DNA of 64,000 nucleotides, from assembly GCA_965246885.1 (NCBI GenBank), contig OZ251992.1, forward strand, positions 2,432,001 through 2,496,000, in the 5' to 3' direction. The position numbers were made by a program, and so were the translations under genes. Shown here one piece after another: positions 56,796 to 64,000 of this stretch. The notes beneath the pieces are model-generated. The model was not told where the DNA came from. It did not search any database and saw only the letters and a program-made list of their open reading frames with translations. The stretch is from Abditibacterium sp. (GTDB taxonomy: Bacteria; Armatimonadota; Abditibacteriia; Abditibacteriales; Abditibacteriaceae). Each line of letters begins with the position of its first letter. Within the stretch, counting starts at the first letter, position 1.

Positions 56796-59015
56796 ATGAA
56801 ACCAACGCATCGTTCGTTTACTGCCTTTGCCCTCTTGGGTATTCTGGTCGCGCCTTTACGCTCGCGCGCCGACGATGCTATGAAGCTCGCGTCGGTTGGC
56901 CACTGGAGTTTTGACGACGCGCAAAATCCGCTCGCTTACGCCGGAACCAGCAAAAGCGCGGCAGTTGCAACTGGCGCCGTCGCTTACGCGGCTGGAAAAA
57001 CGGGGAGGGCGCTCAAACTGGGCGGCGCGCCAGTGTGTGTGACGGTTCAAGACCGCGAAAAAGGCGCTTTTGACGCCAAGAGTGCTTTTTCCATCGAATG
57101 TTGGGCCGATTTAACGGCGACCACCAACGATCAAAGATTGGTCGGCAAATGGGGGCCGTCGCCCGAAACCGCCTCCTACCTTTTGTGGTCGGACAGCAAC
57201 GGGAAGTGGGGCTTCATTGTGGCTTCGCACGGTCAACTGGTGTATCTCGTTTCCAAAAAAACGGCGGTTCTCAATGAGTGGCATCACCTCGAAGGCACAT
57301 GGGACGGCAAAGGCGTGTTGCGCCTTTACGTGGACGGGGAACTTCAGGCCGAGCAAACGGGGGTGGACAAAATTGATACGCCGCCATCGGATTTCGTAAT
57401 TGGAGCCGGGCCATCGGGAAGCGGCCACGTCGTTGGCCTCCTTGATGAGGTTTCGTTTGCTCGCCAAGGCGCCACCCCGGCCACCAACGGGCCGAATCTA
57501 CTTGCGAACGGCGACTTTGAAACACCTGCCTTGGATGAGCCGTTCAGGCTTTTCAAGGGCGAAACCAAAACCGACGGCTGGACATGGAAAGGCGCGGGCG
57601 GCGTAGTGTGGAACGAACCGGCAATCGCTGGCGGCAGTCCCAATATGCACGCCTCACAGAATCGGCAATTTATCACTCTCAACAACACCGACGCAGTCGG
57701 CGGCGTCAGCCAAAGAATAGCCACTACGCCCGGCCAAACCTATCTCCTCAAGTTCGATTTAACGGCGCTCACCAACGGCGCGCCCAACTTCAAGGTCGGC
57801 GTCAAGATCAACGCTCCCGGCGTGGAAAAAGAGTACGCACTGCAAACATCGTTGCCCGATCACTCGACGGCGCCCTACGAAACCCACGACTTAGTTTTCA
57901 CCGCGAAGGAAGCCACCTCGGAAGTGACCTTTACCAGCACCACGCCCAAGCCATTTTTCTATGGCACCAGCATTGACAACGCGCAGGTTTTTTCAATTGC
58001 TCTCGTGCCCACCGTCGCCATGCTCAAAATTCCGCCGACCGATAAGCGGGTGCAGTTTTCGGATTATGCCAACATCGAAGTCACCAAAGAGCGCGCCCGT
58101 TTCGACCGCATGATTGACGCCGAATTTGGCATGAGATGGGATAATCCTGGCGCGCGGATTCGCTTCCGCACCGATGCCACCTCTATTACGGCGAATCTCT
58201 TTTACAACGGCCGCCACAACGCTATGGGCAGCTTGAACAAAACCGGCGTGATCTTGGTGGATGGCAAGCGCGGCGGCACGTTTTCTTCGGGTGCCGAGCG
58301 TCCCGGTGCGGTTGATGCAACCATCGAGGTTCCCAAGTCCGCGAAACCGGCGATGCACCTTTATGAAGTGGTGCTTCCCTATGGCGATGCAGTGGATTTC
58401 GTGGGTCTTCAGGTCAATGCTGATGCAAAGTTTGAAACTGCGCCGCCGCGTCCGCGCTTTCGCTGGGTAGCTTATGGCGATTCGATCACGCAGGGGTTTT
58501 GGGCCGACGACGTGACGGCGAATTACCCGTTTCAGGTCGCGCAGGCCAAAGGCTGGGAATGCGTGAACATGGGTTTTGGCGGACGCCAAGCGACGCCCGA
58601 CGATGGCAAAGTCATCGGCTCCATCGAAGCCGACCTCATCACGGTTGCGATGGGCTTCAATGACCATTTCACCAAAACGCCCGCCAAATACGCCGAGGAC
58701 ATGAAGGCGCTGTTGGGAAATATCCGCGCCCGCCAGCCCAAAACGCCGATTTACGTCCTCACCCTCCTTTGGTCAACCGATCCCTACCCGACAACTTTGA
58801 AATTGCCGCTCGAAGACTACCGCGCGGCGGCGCGCGAGGTTGTCGGCCAAACCGCCAAAGCGGGCGATGCCAATCTGCATCTGATTGACGGGCTTGATCT
58901 CGTCCCCCACGACGCCAAGTATTTCCGCGAGGGCATTCATCCGGTGGATGAAGGCTTCACGTTGATGGCGCGCAATCTCATCAAATCTCTGCCGAAAAAT
59001 TCTGCGGCGGGCTAA
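56796..59015 (+). CDS. Exported LamG + CBM/DUF642-like + SGNH/GDSL esterase
   Basis: Signal peptide; WHHL..WDG..LYVDG (LamG); NGDFE module; GDSITQG, GFND, EGIHP. Confidence 0.85.
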   Translation: MKPTHRSFTAFALLGILVAPLRSRADDAMKLASVGHWSFDDAQNPLAYAGTSKSAAVATGAVAYAAGKTGRALKLGGAPVCVTVQDREKGAFDAKSAFSIECWADLTATTNDQRLVGKWGPSPETASYLLWSDSNGKWGFIVASHGQLVYLVSKKTAVLNEWHHLEGTWDGKGVLRLYVDGELQAEQTGVDKIDTPPSDFVIGAGPSGSGHVVGLLDEVSFARQGATPATNGPNLLANGDFETPALDEPFRLFKGETKTDGWTWKGAGGVVWNEPAIAGGSPNMHASQNRQFITLNNTDAVGGVSQRIATTPGQTYLLKFDLTALTNGAPNFKVGVKINAPGVEKEYALQTSLPDHSTAPYETHDLVFTAKEATSEVTFTSTTPKPFFYGTSIDNAQVFSIALVPTVAMLKIPPTDKRVQFSDYANIEVTKERARFDRMIDAEFGMRWDNPGARIRFRTDATSITANLFYNGRHNAMGSLNKTGVILVDGKRGGTFSSGAERPGAVDATIEVPKSAKPAMHLYEVVLPYGDAVDFVGLQVNADAKFETAPPRPRFRWVAYGDSITQGFWADDVTANYPFQVAQAKGWECVNMGFGGRQATPDDGKVIGSIEADLITVAMGFNDHFTKTPAKYAEDMKALLGNIRARQPKTPIYVLTLLWSTDPYPTTLKLPLEDYRAAAREVVGQTAKAGDANLHLIDGLDLVPHDAKYFREGIHPVDEGFTLMARNLIKSLPKNSAAG

Positions 59016-59036
59016 CTCTCCAAAAAGCATCAATCC

Positions 59037-59972
59037 ATGCCCAATCTCACCCTTGAACGGCCTGCTCAGGCCGCAGCACAGCCTGTTTTGAACACCGACG
59101 CGGCGGCCTTTTTTCAGGAGAATGGCTATTTGGTCGTTGAAGATGCGCTTTCGCGTGAAGAAGTCGAAGAATTGCGGCGCGAGACCCTGCGAATCTGTCG
59201 CGGCGAATTGGGCGAAGTCAAAGGCGTTTCGCCGGTGTCCGGCCAGAGCGACGAAGAAACCCTGCGACGCTATTTGTGCATCCATATGCCGCACAAACTG
59301 TCGCCAGTCATGCTCAAGTATCTGTCTCATCCGGCGATTGTGGATGTGCTGACGCGGGTGATTAGCCCCAACGTCAAGGCGATGCAATCCATGCTGTTCA
59401 TCAAAGCGGCGGGTAAGCCGGGGCAGGCGTGGCATCAGGACGAAGATTACATTCCCACCCGCGACCGCAGTTTGTGCGGTGCATGGGTTGCAATGGATGA
59501 TGCTACCGTTGAAAACGGCTGTTTGTGGATTATTCCCGGCAGCCACAAGCCCGGTGTTTTGTGGCCTCAGGAGTGGCACGGCGACGAGCGTTTCGACTGC
59601 GCCTTTGAGTCGCGCGGCTTTCATTTCTCGGACGAGGACGCCATTCCCGTCGAAGTGCGCGCCGGAGCCGTCGTGTTTTTCAACGGCTACACGTTGCACC
59701 GCTCGCTTCCCAACACGGCGCCCGGCGGTTTTCGGCGCTGCTTGGTCAATCACTACATGAGCGCCGAATCGTTTCTACCTTGGCGCTTGCCCAAACAAGG
59801 TGAGCAAATGGCGATGGCCGATTACCGCGACATCGTGATGGTGGCGGGCACCGACCCTTTTGCCGCCAAAGGCATCGAGGAAATTGCGGAAGCGGGCGTG
59901 CGGCCCGATGGCAAAAGCGGCTGTCTCGATTGGCTGACCGGCGACGAACTCCCATACAACCTTAAAAGATGA
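59037..59972 (+). CDS. PhyH-family Fe(II)/2-oxoglutarate dioxygenase
   Basis: FQENGY, WHQDE, ENGCLWIIPGSH, LHRS.PN. Confidence 0.92.
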   Translation: MPNLTLERPAQAAAQPVLNTDAAAFFQENGYLVVEDALSREEVEELRRETLRICRGELGEVKGVSPVSGQSDEETLRRYLCIHMPHKLSPVMLKYLSHPAIVDVLTRVISPNVKAMQSMLFIKAAGKPGQAWHQDEDYIPTRDRSLCGAWVAMDDATVENGCLWIIPGSHKPGVLWPQEWHGDERFDCAFESRGFHFSDEDAIPVEVRAGAVVFFNGYTLHRSLPNTAPGGFRRCLVNHYMSAESFLPWRLPKQGEQMAMADYRDIVMVAGTDPFAAKGIEEIAEAGVRPDGKSGCLDWLTGDELPYNLKR

Positions 59973-60934
59973 ACCCGAAAACAGACTGGTTTCACGCGGC
60001 GCGTTGGGGCGTTTTCGTGCATTACCTCGACCTCAAAGCCGAGCGCCCCTTTCCCTCGCCCACCACTGCCGAACAGTGGAATCGGCGCGTGGATGCCTTC
60101 GATGTGGACGCCCTCGCCGCCCAGTTGGAAGCGACTGGTGCGGGCTACTTTTTGTTTACCATCGGCCAAAATTCGGGCCACTGGTGCGCGCCCAACCCCA
60201 CTTACGACGAATTGACCGGCATTTCGCCTTCCAAATGTTCGCGCCGCGATTTGATAGCCGATCTCTACGAAGCGTTGGCTCCCAAAGGCATCAAATTGAT
60301 GGTTTATCTGCCCAGTGGCGCGCCCGATCAGGAGCCGCAGGCAGTCGAAAGGTTGGGGTGGAAAGCGGGCGACGAGCGTTTGGCGGAGTTCCAAACAAAG
60401 TGGGAAGCCATCGTGCGCGACTGGTCGCTGCGCTGGGGCAAAAAAGTGGTCGGGTGGTGGGTGGACGGCTGCTACTATGCCGATGCCATGTATCGCCAGC
60501 CGGAAGCGCCCAATTTCGCCTCCTTCGCCGCCGCCATGCGCGCCGGGAATCCCGCAAGCATCGTCGCCTTCAACCCCAACGACGCGACGCCAATCGTCGC
60601 CATGACGGAGCAACAAGACTACACGGCGGGCGAAGTCAATGCTTTTCTGCCGGTGCGCGGCGGCTATCCGGGTCATCCCGCGCTGGGCGCAGGGCGGTGG
60701 GTGGATTCGCCCGAAGGCCCGCCGGTGCAATACCACCTTCTCACTTTTCTGGGCGACTTTTGGGCGCGCGGCGAACAGCCACGCTTCGGCGACGATCTGG
60801 TGAGCGCCTACACCCGGCACGTCAATTCCGTCGGCGGCGTGGTGACGTGGGAAGTGCCGATTTCCGATGAGGGAACAATTCCCCAACCGTTTATCGAACA
60901 ACTAAAGCGGCTGGGCCAGACGGCCAGTCAGTAA
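59969..60934 (+). CDS. GH29-like single-domain TIM-barrel glycosidase
   Basis: WF..ARWGVFVHY, FDV..LA, RDLI..L, GWWVDG. Confidence 0.7.
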   Translation: MNPKTDWFHAARWGVFVHYLDLKAERPFPSPTTAEQWNRRVDAFDVDALAAQLEATGAGYFLFTIGQNSGHWCAPNPTYDELTGISPSKCSRRDLIADLYEALAPKGIKLMVYLPSGAPDQEPQAVERLGWKAGDERLAEFQTKWEAIVRDWSLRWGKKVVGWWVDGCYYADAMYRQPEAPNFASFAAAMRAGNPASIVAFNPNDATPIVAMTEQQDYTAGEVNAFLPVRGGYPGHPALGAGRWVDSPEGPPVQYHLLTFLGDFWARGEQPRFGDDLVSAYTRHVNSVGGVVTWEVPISDEGTIPQPFIEQLKRLGQTASQ

Positions 60935-60949
60935 ATCGCTGGCGCCTCC

Positions 60950-63900
60950 ATGAAACTTTTAAAATCCCTCGCCCTTTGCCTTCTCGGTTTCTTGCCGCCC
61001 GCCGCGCACGCCCAAAGCGCCAATCTGCTGCCCAACGCTTCATTTGAAATTGGCGGCGCCACGCCCGCCGGTTGGGTCGTGCGCGGTGGTGGCCAGACGA
61101 CGTGGGAAAACGAAGGACACACCGGCAAACGCTCCATCAGCTTGCTGCCCGACGCCAACGGTTCGCCCTTCTGGGTTGTGCCCGGAGTGAAACTGACCCC
61201 CAATCAGGCGTATCGTTTCTCTTTTTGGAGCAAGACCGACAAGCCCGGCCCCGGCGCCATCATCAGCGGCCCCGACACCATCAGCCACGATTTCTATTTC
61301 GCCGGAAAATGGCTCTTCTACTCGTATGTCTTTGTGGCGTCCAGCGAGTCGCGCCCTTACGACATCCGTTTAGGGCAATGGGCCGGTGCGACCAAGATCT
61401 ATTTCGATGACGTGTCGCTCACCAAAATTACGCCGCTTTACCCCGACACGTCGCAATTGCGATTGCGACTGGGGCCGGACGAGCGCGTTGTGGGCCGCAC
61501 CTATCGTTTCGGCACCCAACTCGATGTCACCAACCAGTCGCGCGCCCTCGTGGAAAACTCGGCGCTTTTCAATACTGATCGCTGGAACTTGAAAGCGGGC
61601 CAATCACTCGTCTACCGCCACCAAGTTGGGGCCTACGCACAAAAGTCTGGGCGCCTCAAGGTCACGGCAATTCAATGCGATGGCGGCAAATTGGTCGCGG
61701 AAGCCAGCCGCGATGGGCACAACTGGGTCGCCGTCGGCGAGTTGGATAAAATCGGCAATCTCGAAGCCGACCTGCCCGCCGCGCTGTTCCCAGCCAAAAC
61801 CGTGATGGTGCGACTGCGCGCCGTTGGCACCGGCGCAACAACGAGCCTGCTACTGAACGGCTATTCTTATGTTGCGCCGCTTGATGGCGAGGCACCCGAT
61901 GGAACGGGCCGCGTGGTTTATCTCGAAGACCAACAAACCGATTTGCCGGTCGAAGTGCAATCGCTGGGCGCGCTCCGGCCCGGCGGCCACAACGTGGCGC
62001 GTTTTGTGGTCGAGAATCGCTCGGCAAAGCCGCTCCCGCTCGAAGCCCGGCTTTCTTTCCGCCCCCGCTTGGGCGCCGCTTCCACTTTCTCGGCCAAAGT
62101 CCAACTCAAAGCCGGAAGCAATGCCCTAAGCCTCCCCTACACTCTCGACGGCGCCGGAACTTTTGAAACCGAACTGACGCTTTCATCGGGCAGGCCGCTC
62201 TACCGCAGCCGCGCCGAAGTGCATATTCCGGCGTTGTGGGCGACCGATTTCGGCTACCGGCTGAGTTCCGCGACTCAAAATGACGTGTGGTGGGCCGAAG
62301 CGCCTTACAACGTCGGGCGCGAGCGTCCGGCTCCGTCCCGCCAGAGCGATGCGGTTAAAATCCATGCCGCCCGCAACGAGTTCGAGCCGTTTCAGGTCGT
62401 TTTGCGCCCCTCCCGCGACGTGAAGGGGGCCAAAGTCTCGTTCGAGGAGTTCGTTGGGCCAAACGGCGCGCGTCTGGGCAAAGAGAATCTGGCGATTAGC
62501 GAAGTCGCCTACGTTTCCGTCAGCCAACCCACCGACGCAGTGGGCACCATCGGCGAGTGGCCCGACCCGTTGCCGCCGTTGACGGGCGCGCTGGACTTGA
62601 AGGCCAACCGCAATCAGCCGTTGTGGATGACCGTTCACGTGCCCACCTCGGCCACGCCGGGACTTTATCAGGGCCAACTCGAAATTGCGGCGTCCGGTTG
62701 GACGCGTAAATCCCGGTCAGGCTGACGGTGCGCGATTTCGCTTTGCCCGCCGAACGGTGCGCGATTTCGCTTTGCCCGCCGAAACGCACGTTCAAAGCGC
62801 CTTTGGCGTCGGCCCTGACTTCAAAACGTATCAGAATCTGACCTCGCTTGAAGACCAGAAAGAGGCGATGGACTTGTATTACCAAAACTGCGCCCAGCAT
62901 CGTCTTTCGCCCTTCGAGGCGGCGTTTCTTCATCCGATCAAGGTGGATTTCGGCGTTGGCAACAAGACCCAAGACAGGGTGGACGCTTCGCAGGTCAAGC
63001 TGGACTTCACCGACTTCGACCAAGCGGCCCACAAAACTTTGGACGAATACCACTTCACGGCGTGGGCCGTTACGGTGTTGGGCTTGGGTTCGGGCCGCGC
63101 CGGGGCTTATCAGCCGGGCCGCATCGGGCCGTATGTCGAAGGCTCGCCGCAATACGAAACGCTGTTCAGCAGCTACTTGCGCCAATTGCAAGACCATCTG
63201 GAGCGCAAAGGATGGCTCGACAAGGCGTATCTTTATTGGTATGACGAGCCGGACACTGCGGACTACCCCATCGTGAAAGCCACCAATGACCGCATCAAAA
63301 AGTATGCGCCCAAGCTGACGCGGATGCTCACCGAAGAGCCGGAGCCGGAACTTTATGGCGCGGTGGATTTATGGTGCCCAATTGCGCCCGCCATGATTCC
63401 CGAACGCGCCGCCGAGCGCCGGAAAGTCGGTGAGCGGGTCTGGTGGTACGTCTGCACTTCGCCCAAAGAACCCTACCCCACGCTTTTTATTGACCACCCG
63501 GCGGTCGAAATGCGGACGTGGCTGTGGCAAACGTGGAAATACAAGCTCGACGGCATTTTGGTGTGGCAGGCGACATGGTGGAATAGCGGCGCGGCCTATC
63601 CGAACTCGCAGCAAAACCCTTGGCAAGACCCGATGAGTTGGTCGCCTGCCCTTGTTCCGGTTTCCAACGCGACCTACCCTTACGGCAATGGCGACGGGCG
63701 CTTTTTATATCCGCCCAACCGTAGCCCCGGCGTGGACAAGAAGAAATACCTGCAAGGCCCGGTCAACTCGATTCGTTGGGAAATGCTGCGCGAGGGCATC
63801 GAAGACTATGAATATCTCTATTTGTTAGGCGAAAGGGTGAAGCAGGCCAAAGCGCGCGGCGCCCAAACCGCCGCCCAAAAAACGGCCCTGCTCGCCGCCG

Positions 63901-64000
63901 AAAAGCTCTTGCAAGTCCCCAGTTCCATCACGACCGATGCCACGCATTTCGCCGTCAGCCCGCAGCCCATTCTGGCCCAACGCGAGAAGATTGCGGCAGC
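60950..64000 (+). pseudogene. Exported CBM + DUF4091 (GH123-like) protein, frameshifted at about 62710-62782, truncated by the window end
   Basis: AARNEFEPFQ and PDPL motifs before the break; another frame continues YWYDEP, WWYVC, GDGRFLYP, SIRWEMLREGIEDYEYL to the window end. Confidence 0.8.

Overview
GC-rich bacterial chromosomal window. The DUF1559 prepilin-like genes ('[26 protein letters not shown]') and a DUF6785-type membrane protein suggest Abditibacteriota/Armatimonadota (inference, no search run). Positions 1-36 kb are mostly housekeeping and stress genes: mutS2, MATE pump, rplY, Crp-family regulator, pth, trpF, a group-2-like sigma-70 factor, a Ser/Thr kinase, rplU-rpmA, a phd/doc-type TA pair, rpsB-tsf, lysA, initiator tRNA-Met, dnaX and purC. 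This half also holds a tnpB-only IS200/IS605 element. Its ends (17260-18555), target/TAM (TCAT) and guide can be deduced, and it splits a host gene. Positions 36-64 kb are a SusC/D-free glycan-utilisation island of two divergent units. Each unit has a regulator (LacI or AraC), an early DUF1559 pilin-like gene and secreted CBM/GH proteins. The island also carries GH29, GH20, two PhyH dioxygenases, a ferritin-like diiron protein, a DUF6785 membrane protein and amino-sugar catabolic enzymes. The last gene is frameshifted and runs off the window. Intergenic DNA has several REP/REPIN-like palindromes and a family of degenerate tandem arrays with a 21-bp period: four intergenic arrays plus a similar in-frame tract in dnaX. 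No CRISPR array, rRNA or prophage was seen.
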